Source of the DNA: Zancudomyces culisetae HAW-14-8
Taxonomy: Eukaryota; Fungi; Kickxellomycota
Assembly (NCBI GenBank): GCA_052426225.1
Contig: JBNJNM010000021.1
Location: 1,364,001 to 1,428,000 of the forward strand
Length of the DNA: 64,000 nucleotides
Direction of reading: 5' to 3'
Position 1 is the first letter of the stretch. Every line of letters starts with the position of its first letter. Position numbers and translations under genes: made by a program. The notes under the pieces are model-generated. The model was not told the origin of the DNA and did not search any database. It saw only the letters and a program-made list of their open reading frames with translations. Below are positions 26,401 to 38,961 of this stretch, piece after piece.

Positions 26401-27570
26401 ATGCATCGTTCAGTCAAGGAATTCATCGCAGGTTGCGACAGATGCAACCGATCCAAGACCTCAAGGAAGAAAAAACAAGGACTTCTTCAGCCATTACCCG
26501 CTCCTGATTCGCCATGGAAATCTATTTCAATGGATTTCATCACAGATTTGCCCCTTTCAAAAGGGAATACTACAATTTTAGTGGTTGTAGATCGGTTCAG
26601 TAAAATGAGCCATTTTATACCACTAAAGAAACTGCCTTCATCTATGGAAACTTCTGAAATCATCCTCAATAACATCATCAGACTCCACGGTTTACCTGAA
26701 GAGATCATCTCTGATCGAGGCTCTCAGTTTGCATCAAAGTTTTGGAAAGCTCTTTTCAACACTTTAGGTGTCAAAATTAAGCTCTCAACAGCGTTCCATC
26801 CTGAAACTGATGGACAAACCGAAAGAGTCAATCAGACTCTGGAACAGTATCTCCGTTGTTTTTTGTCATATCAACAAGATAATTGGACAGATCTTCTACC
26901 ATTGGCAGAATTTGCCTATAACAACTCTACTCACGAATCTACTGGATCATCCCCGTTCTTCATTAACTACGGATTTAACCCACGCTTTGATCCTCCCTTA
27001 ATCAATAGCCATGTTATGCCTTCTGTGGAAGAAAGAATCAACCAAATCCATCATATTTGGAAAGAAACCAATAGGCAAATCACTCTCGCTTCTTCAGCAT
27101 TCAAAAAATCTGCAGACAAGAAAAGAAGAAAAAACCCTGAATATACTATAGGTGAAAAAGTTTGGCTTCTAACAAAGAATATTCAGACTACTAGGCCTAG
27201 TAAAAAACTTGACTATAAGTAAATTGGACCATTCAGAATCAAAGAAAAGCTCAGTGATTTAGTATACAAACTTGACCTCCCCGTTTCAATGAAAATACAT
27301 CCAGTCTTTCATGTTTCACTATTAGATAAATATTCACCTCCAGTGATTTCTGATCAACCAGCATCGCCGGAACCCATTATTATCAACAATGAATTAGAGT
27401 ATGAAATTGAGGAAATTCTCGATGCAAAACTAATAAGAAATAAACTTTATTACTTGATACATTGGAAGGGATACGATATAAATGAACGAACTTGGGAACC
27501 AAAAGAACATATATCTGCAAATCAACTCATAAAAGAATTCCATTCTCATTTCCCTTCAAAGCCAACATAA
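23410..27570 (+). pseudogene. G4 Pol (PR-RT-RH-IN-chromo); one in-frame TAA at 27220
   Basis: LIDSGA, YLDD, TDAS, SMDF, YLIHWKGY; nearly intact. Confidence 0.92.
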
Positions 27571-27575
27571 CTATC

Positions 27576-27611
<36 letters not shown>

Positions 27612-27929
27612 AAGAACAAAAATATAAGAAAAACATTGAACACTGAAATATATTTCATAAAAAAGTCAAAAAAAAACATCAACTTGAATAACAAAAATGG
27701 GATATAAAGTAACAATATATATATATAACATATATAAAAATAATATAAAAGTACTATTACCGATAAGGAACCGTCTTGGGCCATGTGAAACACAATTTGG
27801 GTTTTATCACCGTAGCGGTCATTTATTGGAGGAGCCAGATTGTAACTATGACACTGAAACCCACATACACCAATAAAATTCCTGCCGATGACTAAACCAC
27901 TTCCCAATTACGATAACTAATTACACCGA

Positions 27930-28005
27930 GGATCGTACTCAACGTGATTCGAACCCGGGCCACTAGGGCAAAGTGCGAGAAGCCTACGTCTAGGCCAAAC
28001 ACAAT
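27930..28005 (-). promoter_or_regulatory. tRNA-like Pol III internal promoter (A and B boxes) antisense in the G4 3' region
   Basis: Minus-strand TGGCCTAGACG (27997-27987) and GGTTCGAATC (27955-27946) at tRNA-like spacing; cloverleaf is degenerate. Confidence 0.5.
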
Positions 28006-28568
28006 TACTTTTGTAATGGTTTTAAAAGGGGGATAATGTCATGGCCAATCAGGTGACATCTAACCTCCCATAACATTTATTCTAATATTTACTTAGTATT
28101 TAATTAATAACATTTGCCTAGCTGTAATTCCTTAAGAATTACAACCTGTTTAACTAATAAAACTCGTTCTGTGACAAATTCTAACTAAAAATCTAAGATA
28201 TACGCTGATAGGAAAAGAAAAAGTGGACCTGAAATCAAGCCAAATGATCTAGTGTGGTTAAATGCAAATATTATAAATACTGACAGATCATCAAAGAAGT
28301 TAGACCACCAATTTCTTGGACCATTCAAAGTATTAAAAAGAATAGGAAAAGTAGCTTATAATCTAGAATTACCAGTGTCGATGAAGATTCATCCTACATT
28401 TCATATTTCGCTATTGGAACCATACAAAACTAATGAAATCCCAGAACGAGTCAAGGAACTACCTCCAGCTATCACAGTCTAAGAATAAAATGAATACTAA
28501 GTAGCAAAAATACTCGATCAAGAAAACGATACAACAAAATCGAGTACTTGGTTGATTGTAAAGGACGT

Positions 28569-28962
28569 TGTCAGGACTTGACACTAAGAACTGTATGTAT
28601 TAACTATGACTATGATTTATTTAATAATATAATATGAGATGAAAAGTATTTTATTGCTAAAGTTTCTTAAAGCTATAAAATCATTGGTCTTATATAGTTT
28701 TACAAGCTATGAATTCGCTTGTAAATATATTTATTGACTGTAGATAAAACTAAAATATAACTATTACTAAAATTGTAAATTTATAAACTCCACAGTTGAT
28801 AATATATATTGCTATATTGGGTAATACCTAATATGCTAATTATTAATTCTTAGAAAATAATTAATAATTTATGGATTAAGAATTAAAGCGGTGTAACTGT
28901 AAACAATATTAACCTATTGCTATTTTAAATATCATATTAAAACTAGAAATAATGTCATGACT
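28569..28962 (-). repeat. Diverged LTR related to the G1 family
   Basis: tgtcaggacttgaca and tattttattgct resemble the reversed G1 LTR; ends gtcatgact. No TSD; flanks belong to different elements. Confidence 0.65.
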
Positions 28963-31523
28963 AGATCAGAACACTAAGGTTTATCAAAACAACGAGAAGT
29001 CGTCAATGAACCCCAAGCAGTCTATCAGCCATTTGGGTATGGACATCAACACCCGCCAAATGAGCTTCAGGATTCCCAAGCAGAAACTCAGGGATCTCAC
29101 GCGAGAGGCATCCAAACTGATCAGGAATGGGAAGACGACGCTAAGCATCTCAGCGTCTTTCATTGGCAAGACACAGGCAGTGAACATCGCTCTCCGTCCA
29201 GGCAGACTCATGAGCAGGAGGCTTTTAGAGCTCAAGAATGCTACCCTGCGGACCACGCGGGATTGGAGCACAGAAGTACATTTGGATCAGCCAGCTCTAG
29301 ACAACCTGATCTGGTGGAGAGATCATCTGAAGGAATGGAACGGCCTGAGCTTCCTCCCAGAGATTCCGGAAGTGGAAGTCTACACAGACGCGAGCGACTT
29401 CCATTGGGGGATAGTTATTGGTCAGAGCCAGTACTCAGGAATATGGACCAAAGCACAGTCCAAGCTCCCGATCAACGCCAAGGAGCTACTAGCCATATAC
29501 AAGGCTATCAAGATGCCCCAGGTAAAGGGCAGGAGTGTGGTTGTATACTGCGACAACAACACCTCCATCAGCTACGTCAAGAAACAGGGTGGGACCAGAT
29601 CACCCAACCTGCTAGACATATCGGAACTGATGTGGAAACACTGCATCAGCAACGGGACCAGGGTACAGATCCAGTACGTACCATCCATGTGAATCCGGCA
29701 GACGCCCCATCCCGGCTTACTTTGCAGACCGAATGGTCGATATCGGAAAGAGTGTTTCAAAGGATTTAAAAATACTTTGGTCCTCACGATATCGACATGT
29801 TTGCGAGCAGCACCAATCACAAACTGAACACATTTGTGTGTTGGAAATACTGCCCCCAAGCAGTCAGGATCAACGCCTTCAACCACAGTTGGACAGTGTG
29901 GAAGAATCCATACTTGTGTCCACTGTGGAATCTGATCCAGCGTACCATCCAAAAGATCCGCCAGGAGAGGATCACAGCGACTCTGATCACGCTGTTCTGG
30001 AGATCAGCCCCGTGGTATCCGGACCTAAAGAGCCTGTCAATTGCACCGCCAATCAAGATTCATTCGTCAGCAGTTATCCCAGACCCGAGAAGCGGAAAAG
30101 CAGCGACAATGCGCAACAAGACATGGTCACTTACGGCTTGGCGGTTAAGCGCGCAAGGTATCAGGAAGCAGGATTAGATGAACAGGTCATCAATTTGATG
30201 CTCAACAACACTCGAGTTAAGACGAGGCAGAAGAAATACTTGAACCCGAAGACCAAGTTCCTACAGTGGCTTTCTACATCTTTAATCTCCATAGAAAACG
30301 TAACAGTCGTTGACGTTATCAACTATCTGGAGCAGCAGCGGAAGGCGCTAAACTGGAAACTTGGAACAGTCAAGAACTACAAGTCCGCCATTCTTGCCAT
30401 AACCAGTGATTGGGCTTCTTTCAGTGACGATCCACTAATAAAAATGTATCTCAAACAACTATCTTCATCAAACGTCAGTTCCTTTGACAATCCGCTTTAC
30501 GACATCAGTCCAATCATTGACCACATCAGGAAACTTGGGCCTAACTCCAGAATGTCAAAGTATGACTTGACAGCAAAACTATGCTGACTCATAGCCTTCT
30601 GTGGCTTTTTCAGGTGTTAGGAATGGCAATATATTCCAAAAAATGGATCTTTGTTGGAATCGATCCTAAAATGTTAGGAATGGCAAATTCCCGGAACATA
30701 AATTTTAGTTTACATTTTTGTTCTATAAAAAATTAAACTATTTTATTATTTCACTTACGACATTCAAATAAGCCATTCCGACATTGGAATCATGTATGCA
30801 AAATTCATCATGAAATCACAGTATTTATTATTGGGAAAATTGACAAAGAAAATTAAAGAAAATTTTCAATAATTAAATTTATAAAATTCATGTTAAAATC
30901 GATATACAAAATCATAGGCAAAATCGATATACAATATCGTAGGCAAAATCGATATACAAAATCATAGGCAAAATCGATATACAATATCGTAGGCAAAATA
31001 GATAACCAAAAACCATGATAAAATTGGATAACCAAAAACCATGATAAAATTCGATAAACATAATACATGTTAAAATTGGATAACCAAAAACCATGATAAA
31101 ATTCGATAAACAAAATACATGTTAAAATCGATAAACAAAATACATGTTAAAATCGATAAAGTAATCTCATGAATAAATCAAACAAGAAGTTTGATAAACT
31201 CAATTTTGATAGTTACTTTAAATTAGTTCATTTTTACATAGTAAAATTTTAAAACTAAAAAATTATTATCACTAAGTTTTTTCATAGCAAATTTCTCTGA
31301 TGAAAAAATATATAAACCCTTCGAAATTCCGTTGGGATACATCAGAGAAAAATATATGATTAACTCATCTAATAATATATTTTTCTAAATAACTACTTCT
31401 TCCTAATAAATAATAATACTGAATATTAATCACAGCATAGTTATAAGCAGCTCATTGATTATAACATCAGGCCAAGCGACATTGAGTGGATTGACGACAG
31501 CAAGACGTCGGTGACAAGAGAAC
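28963..31523 (+). mobile_element. DIRS-type retrotransposon copy 2 (fragment: RT end, RNase H, MTase-like, YR start)
   Basis: Clear protein similarity to copy 1. The YR reading FRPSDIEWIDDSK resumes at 31467 after an LTR insertion. Confidence 0.88.
30615..31466 (+). repeat. Solo LTR (family L7) with internal ~23-25-bp tandem repeats
   Basis: tgttagga...ttataaca; TSD TCAGG; start motif repeated at 30672; aaaatcgata-type repeats at ~30890-31165. Confidence 0.85.
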
Positions 31524-31623
31524 TGTCATGAACTGATTCTAGAATGTTCGAAAACGTTCTATAATCATCTGATTTTATTCCGCAGTAATGTTTAGAATGC
31601 TCCCCAACATTCTAGAACATTGC
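31524..31623 (+). repeat. Terminal fragment of LTR family L6
   Basis: Reverse complement of ~39355-39454. Confidence 0.8.
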
Positions 31624-32779
31624 TGTTAGGAATGGCCAATTTGTTATGAATACACATGTTCAATATTTAATGTATCATCATTAAATTGTGTAATTAATGA
31701 TATTAGTTTATTTGTTTATTAATATTAGTTTTATTGATAGTTTTAGTTTATATTTGTTTTAGTACAAACTTAATTGTATAAAAAGTGATACTAATCTTTC
31801 ATAACAACTAAGTTTGTCAATCGCGTTTAACAATTATAAAAATAATATTAACTAAAATTATCTTATTACTGTGTGTTTTAAACTAGTACAATTAATAATA
31901 ACTTTTATAATTTAACTGTGGTTAATTAATTAATATCAATATTATTATGTATAATATTGGTATCTAACACAATTCCCCGAACATAATTTTTAGTTACATT
32001 TTGGCCTACTAAAAATCTAACCTATTTTATTATTTCATTTCCGGTTTTCTAATATGCCATACCGACATTGGAACCATGTTAGCAAAATTCACCATGTATT
32101 TCTGATTATATTATTGGGAAAATTTAAATAGAAAAAACAAGAAATTTTCCAATAATTATTTTTAACAAAAATCCTTGAAAAAATTGGATAAACCAAATCC
32201 ATGATAAAATTGATAATTAAAATCAATGCCAAAATTGATAAATAAAAACCAAGTAAAATCGATAAATAAAAACAATGATAAAATCGATAAACAAAAACCA
32301 TGATAAAATCGATAAACAATATCAACGCTAAAATCGATAAACAAAAACTATGCTAATACCAATGAACAAAATCAATGCTAATATCGATAAACAAAAACTA
32401 TGATAAAATCAATAAACAAAATCATTGTTAAAATTGATATACTAAATCAATGTTAAAATTGATAAACCATATCTATGTTAAAATCAACAAATGAAAATTA
32501 CAAGTTTCACGATAAGTAGATACCTAAAACTAGTTCAATTTTACATAGACAAATTTTATAGCTAAGATTTATTGACTTTAAGTTTTTCTTCACAGTAAAA
32601 TTCTCTGATGAAAAATTATATAAACCCTTCGAAAATATGTTGGTTACATCAGAGAAAAATACATATTTAATTCACATCTAACATTATATTTTTCTAAATA
32701 CCACTATTCTCAAATAAATATTAATCAAGCATAACTGAATCCACGGTCCACAGTTAATAGCAGCTCATTGTTTATAACA
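31624..32779 (+). repeat. Second L7-family LTR, containing a G3-related solo LTR (31642-31969)
   Basis: Similar to 30672-31466. The nested LTR is tgttatga...tatctaaca with TSD CAATT. Confidence 0.85.
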
Positions 32780-33798
32780 ATGGTGCTAAATTCAGACACA
32801 TAGTATTGGTTAACAATAACCACTTAGTAAAGCATAAGATACTACACCAAATATTGTTATAGTTAATTTCAATATATATATACATGCTGAAAGATTTTAT
32901 CGCACTCAGCGATAAAATTATTTTTTATAGACCATATTAATTTACGCTTATTATAATAATAAACCTTATTATATTCTTGACACTAATGCTCGAGTGAATA
33001 TTGAAATCAATTGCTATAAAGGTAAGGAACCATCTAGCGATTTCGACTAAGTTTCCATTAGTCGCCAATAATGAATACATTAAATACTAGGAAATGTGGT
33101 TTAATAACAAAGGTGTAAACACCCACTATACCCGTGAACTCTCACTAGCTAAATTGGAAAATAAAATTAAATCCATGAGGCTTAGATCTCTCTCACTGAG
33201 AGGAAGAGTATTGTTAGGAATTGTTTTAAAATAAATTAAATAAATTCATGTTTATTATAATTCTCCATGACCAAATCAAGTAGGTTACAAAATGAAATTG
33301 TAACCATATACAAATTACTATAATGTAACTAAGTACAAATTAATTAAATGTAACTAAGTACAAATTATTAAATTAATCTAACCAAGTCAAGTAAAAAATG
33401 AATTTCGCGATGAAATTTGTTATAATAATATTCACAGACCATTTTAGGAAATAAGAAACCTAGAAAGAATTCCGAAACTAATAATTCAAAGAATCGTCAG
33501 AATAACATGAATGACGCAATCATTGACACACTAAACTCGCAGTAGTTAATCACATCAGTTACTCATAAGTTTAATAGTCAAATTTATAGTTTGATAGCAA
33601 CTTTACTTAAGAAAATTTTATATGGAAAAAAATCTGGTGTAAAAGTATAAAAACCCTTTCGAAATCCATCGAAAGAGAACTTCAGAGTAAAATATCTTAT
33701 TCACTATTGATACCATATTTTTCTAAATAATTAATAGTAATAAATAATATAATCTTAAAATATTCAAGTCTTAACATAATATTTTTCTCTCTTGAATC

Positions 33799-34770
33799 AT
33801 GTCCGAAGAACCAATCTTAACCAATGAGATGGTTCAAACTCTCATGAACCAAATGGCCAGACTCACAGAAGAAGTAGACACGCTCCGCCAGTCCGCCAAT
33901 GTCCAAAGAGGACTGATCCCAGAACCCAAGGTGCCCTCACCAGAGAAGTTTTCAGGGTCCAGAAAGGACAATGTAAAAAACTTCTTATCCACAGTTTCCA
34001 CAGTCTTCAAGCTCCAGCCTAGCCGTTTCCCGACCGATCACGTAAAAGTCCTGTTCATAGGCACGCTGTTGACCGAGGGGGCACAGACCTGGTTCCGAAC
34101 CCTTCAAGAATCCCGTCATCCGATCCTGTTCCAGTACGATAACTTTGTGGCACAGCTTGACCGCACCTTTGGGGAACCAAACGCGGTTTGGATAGCCCAA
34201 AACAAGTTAAACAACCTCCGCCAGGGGAAATCACGGTGCCTAGCGTTCACGAACCAGTTCAAGTCCATTGCCCTAGAGACCGACTATAATGAGCCTGCAC
34301 TGCTCAAGTCTTATTATGAGGGTCTCAACGACGAAATCAAAGACGCCCTATCGACCCTAGAATCACACCCGCCAGGATTTGAAGATTTTGCCGCACTCTG
34401 TATCCGGATAGATAACCGCATCTATCAGCGCAAAGCCGAGAAAATCAAGATAAAACCATGGATTCCGCCCTCTCACTTCTCCAACCGAGAAATAACCCGT
34501 ATGGACGTAGACTCAATGGGGATCAAAAGAGTTTCCGAGTCCGAAAGAGATAACAGAAAGTATAACCGTCTCTGTTTCTACTGTGGTGGAGATAAACACA
34601 CCGTCTCCACATGTCCACGCAAATTCCGCAATCAAGAAGCCATGAGTTCCAGAAGCAGTTCGCCCATCAGAAAGTTCAAGACCTCATTGCCGAACAGAAA
34701 GAAGTCCGGAATTATCAAGCTTCCGCCATTTGAATTAAAGGATTCAAAAAACCACAGAACTCTTCAGTAA
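33799..34770 (+). CDS. G5 Gag
   Basis: PSPEKFSG, MDVD, CFYCGGDKHTVSTC. Confidence 0.92.
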   Translation: MSEEPILTNEMVQTLMNQMARLTEEVDTLRQSANVQRGLIPEPKVPSPEKFSGSRKDNVKNFLSTVSTVFKLQPSRFPTDHVKVLFIGTLLTEGAQTWFRTLQESRHPILFQYDNFVAQLDRTFGEPNAVWIAQNKLNNLRQGKSRCLAFTNQFKSIALETDYNEPALLKSYYEGLNDEIKDALSTLESHPPGFEDFAALCIRIDNRIYQRKAEKIKIKPWIPPSHFSNREITRMDVDSMGIKRVSESERDNRKYNRLCFYCGGDKHTVSTCPRKFRNQEAMSSRSSSPIRKFKTSLPNRKKSGIIKLPPFELKDSKNHRTLQ

Positions 34771-37700
34771 TCGGAGGGTATCTGAAGAACACAGCGGGAC
34801 CCTCAAGATCCACAGTTTTTAATACTTACTTTCTTAATAATACTAAATTTTCAAATAATTTTTTATTAATATCAAGTTAAAATATAAAAATAAAAAGATA
34901 CATACCACGGCTCTAGTTGACACTGGAGCATCAGGAAATTTTATAAGGAAAATTCTTATAACCAATCACAGTATCATGATCCAAAGTTTGGATAAACCCA
35001 TAGAAATAATTCTAGCAAATAACAAACCTGCTAGTCAAAGACTAATCACCGAAACCACAGTACCACTAGAAATCATGATAAACAAACATCAATGTTCAAC
35101 GACTTTCCTTGTGGTGCCAACACTCAGTTATCCTGTTATTCTAGGATTACCATGGTTAAAACAACAACAACCAATTATCGATTGGAAAAATTTGAAATTA
35201 AGATTTAATTCTACCAATCCTCAAGCATTCATTCCTACAGAGATCAACAATTTAACTTTAACTGAAAAATGTTTTGACTCATATGAAGACTCAGACGATG
35301 ATGAGTTATATGAAAATCATGCCGAAGAAATACCCATAAAATACCGAGAATACGCCGATGTATTTTCCAAGAAGAAAGCAGATACTCTACCAGCACTAAG
35401 ACCGTATGACTGTGAAATACCCATAAAAGACCCAGAAGCCAAGATTCCGTTTAAGCCATTATACAACCTATCAGGTCCAGAGCTCAAAGCATTAGACGAA
35501 TATATCAAAGAAAACCCACAAAAAGGGTTCATTAGAAGAAGCCACTCCACCGCTGGGGCTCTAATTTTCTTTATTAAGAAAAAAGATGGTGGTTTACGAC
35601 CCTGTATTGATTATAGGGACCTAAATGAACTCACGGTAAAAGATCGGTACCCCTTACCCCTGATTTCAGAACTTTTAGATCACCTCAATGATGCCAGAAT
35701 ATTTACTAAAATAGATCTGAGAGGTGCATATAACTTAGTTCGCATGAAACCAGGCGAAGAATGGAAAACCGCCTTTAGATCCCGATATGGTCACTTTGAG
35801 TACTTAGTCATGCCGTTTGGACTCACCAACGCGCCCGCAGTTTTTCAGGCCATGGTCAATGACATATTCAGAGATATGCTAGACATATCTGTAATAGTAT
35901 ATCTTGATGATATACTAATATTCTCAAGAAGCCAAGAGGCTCATGATAACCATGTGAAAGAAGTCTTGGAAAGACTGAGAACCCATGGACTATATGCCAA
36001 AATTGAAAAATGTCAATTCGACCAGAATTCAGTGGAATTCTTAGGATACGTAATCTCTGACAAAGGAATATCCATGAGCCCAGACAAAGTACAGACGATT
36101 ACAACCTGGGAAACTCCAACAAACGTCAAAGGTGTAATGAGTTTCTTAGGCTTTGCAAATTTTTACAGAAAATTCATTCTAAATTACTCAAAAATAGTCC
36201 GACCGCTAACTAATTTAACCAAGAAGGACGTCACCTTCTCATGGACCCAAGAATGCCAGAATGCGTTCGAATACCTAAAGAAAACAGTAACCTCAGCACC
36301 GATACTCGCACATCCCAATCCAAAGTTACCTTTCAGTCTAGAATCTGATGCATCTGATTTTGCCATTGGTGCCGTATTGAACCAACCAGTTTCAGAAACA
36401 GATCCAACACTCCACCCTGTAGCATTCTACTCTCGTAAACTAGTAGATGCTGAAATTAACTATGAAGTTCATGATAAAGAATTACTAGCCATAGTAAATG
36501 CCTTTAAACACTGGAGACACTATCTAAGCGGTGCTGTGCACCCAATATCAGTATTTTCAGATCACAGAAATCTTACATTCTTTAGAACCAAGCGTATATT
36601 AAAACAAAGACATGCAAGATATGCTAATACTCTATCAGAATTCGATTTCAAGTTATGTTACAGACCAGGTGTATTAAATCCCGTAGCAGACGCATTGAGC
36701 CGGAGGACCGACTTAATATCTAAGGAGGGGGGGTGAGTATACAAACCCTCAAAACTATGAGACTACTCTACTTCCAGACACAAGATGGATCAACACAGCT
36801 ACCATTAATAAAAACACCCTTACTGAATCCGAAAAACTAGAAATCATTCAGACACGTCATGACGGATTAACCGCAGGATATTTAGGTCAAAGAAAGACGT
36901 ACGAACTCATAGCCAAAGATTACCAATGGAAAGGAATAGAAAGTTTATTCAAGATTATATCAAGGGATGCGAAACCTGCCAAAGAAACAAAGTTCACAGA
37001 CACAGAAAGTATGGACTCCTAAATCCATTACCAATCCCAGACAAACCATGGTCATGCATTTCAATGGATTTTATAGTCAAATTACCAGTTTCTCAAGGAT
37101 ACGACTCTATTATGGTAATAGTATGTCGTCTCACTAAACAAGCACATTTTATTCCATGCAACGAATCAATAGACGCAGCCGGAACTGCTAAGTTGTTTAT
37201 TAAAAACTATTCAGACTCCATGGGCTACCCCTAGACATTACATCTGACAGGGGGCCACAATTCAGGTCAAGATTTTGGAAAGAAGTCATGAATTCACTAG
37301 ACGTGAAGATTAACCTAACCTCAGCTTATCATCCAGAATCTAATGAACAAACCGAAAGAGTAAACCAGACATTAGAACAGTATTTAAGAAACTACGCCAA
37401 TTACAATCAAGACAATTGGGCAGAACTACTTCCATGTGCAGAATTCTCATATAACAACTCAGTAAATGTTAGTACAAACAAGTCAACGTTTTATTCTAAT
37501 AACGGATTTAACCCAAGAGCAGATCACTTACATAACTCAAAGAACTACCAATCCAATCCAGCAGCTACAGACTTCGTAAAGAACATTCAAGATAACTTAA
37601 ATATTATAATAACCTCATTGCAAGAAGCACAGGAAAGATCTGAAAAATAAACAAACAAGAAAAGAAAAGAAACCAAGTACAAAATAGTTGATCTAGTATG

Positions 37701-38109
37701 GTTAGATCGAAAGAATCTCAAAACTCATAGACCATCAAGAAAATTAGATAAACAAAGAATAGGACCTTTCAGAATAATTCAGGAAATAAACAAAGTAGCG
37801 TACAGACTCGAGCTTCCTGACACAATGAAAATTCATAACGTATTTCATGTATCACTACTAGAACCCTATCATGAACCAGTAATCAAAGGGCAGGCAAGAA
37901 AACCACAAGAGCCTATATCCATAGATGGTGAAGAAGAATGGGAAGTAGAAAGAATCTTAAAAGTCAAGAAAGTCAGAAATAAGGAATACTACCTTATCAA
38001 ATGGAAGAATTTTACAGAAATTGAAAACACTTGGGAACCAGAAGAAAATTTAACAAACTGCCAAGAAGAACTTATTAAATTCAAGAATTCACTAATTACC
38101 AAATCATAG
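34746..38109 (+). pseudogene. G5 Pol (PR-RT-RH-IN-chromo) with several frameshifts and stops
   Basis: LVDTGA, YLDD, SDAS, SMDF, YLIKWKNF. Breaks near 34875, 36730, 37205 and 37648. Confidence 0.9.
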
Positions 38110-38961
38110 TACGATCTCCGAGACCTCAATCATAAGATGGAGGGTGATGTTAGGAATTGTTTTAAAATAAATTAAATAAATTCATGTTTATTATAATTCT
38201 CCATGACCAAATCAAGTAGGTTACAAAATGAAATTGTAACCATATACAAATTACTATAATGTAACTAAGTACAAATTAATTAAATGTAACTAAGTACAAA
38301 TTATTAAATTAATCTAACCAAGTCAAGTAAAAAATGAATTTCGCGATGAAATTTGTTATAATAATATTCACAGACCATTTTAGGAAATAAGAAACCTAGA
38401 AAGAATTCCGAAACTAATAATTCAAAGAATCGTCAGAATAACATGAATGACGCAATCATTGACACACTAAACTCGCAGTAGTTAATCACATCAGTTACTC
38501 ATAAGTTTAATAGTCAAATTTATAGTTTGATAGCAACTTTACTTAAGAAAATTTTATATGGAAAAAAATCTGGTGTAAAAGTATAAAAACCCTTTCGAAA
38601 TCCATCGAAAGAGAACTTCAGAGAAAAATATCTTATTCACTATTGATACCATATTTTTCTAAATAATTAATAGTAATAAATAATATAATCTTAAAATATT
38701 CAAGACTTAACAAGTATTGCTGAATAATGTATTTTTATACTCAAAAATATATTTTCAGCACATAGTGTCCATTTCGACAAAATTTTCTTGTCAAAAGTGA
38801 AGAAACTTGCCTCAAAGTTTATCTGGGCAAATAAAAAGTTCAATATTAAACTTACCACCCTTGAACTACCAAAAAAACTCTGTGGTCTTAGACTAATTGA
38901 TGTAAAAACTCAAGTAGATTTAATTTATGGAAAAGGGATAGCATCAGTTATAAACCATGAT

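Larger units (their letters stand above)
22311..28176 (+). mobile_element. Full-length Ty3/Gypsy chromovirus G4 with short (~140 bp) LTRs
   Basis: LTRs 22311-22449 and 28037-28176; TSD AATTC; PPT aaaaggggg. Confidence 0.95.
22120..28568 (+). pseudogene. Old Gypsy integrase/chromodomain remnant (22120-22310 and 28177-28568) split by G4
   Basis: PMAEFSYNNS before G4; LGPFKV, IHPTFHISLL and a degenerate YLVD after it. Confidence 0.8.
33212..38712 (+). mobile_element. Full-length Ty3/Gypsy chromovirus G5
   Basis: 565-bp near-identical LTRs at 33212-33776 and 38148-38712; TSD AGTAT; PPT before 38148. Confidence 0.95.

Noticed and set aside
8904-30587. Several TGA stops at or beside Trp positions (8904, 9737, 21239, 30585) suggesting UGA=Trp or RIP
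   Set aside because: The same elements also carry TAA stops and frameshifts, host genes use TGG, and there is no visible pervasive C-to-T signature; ordinary decay suffices.
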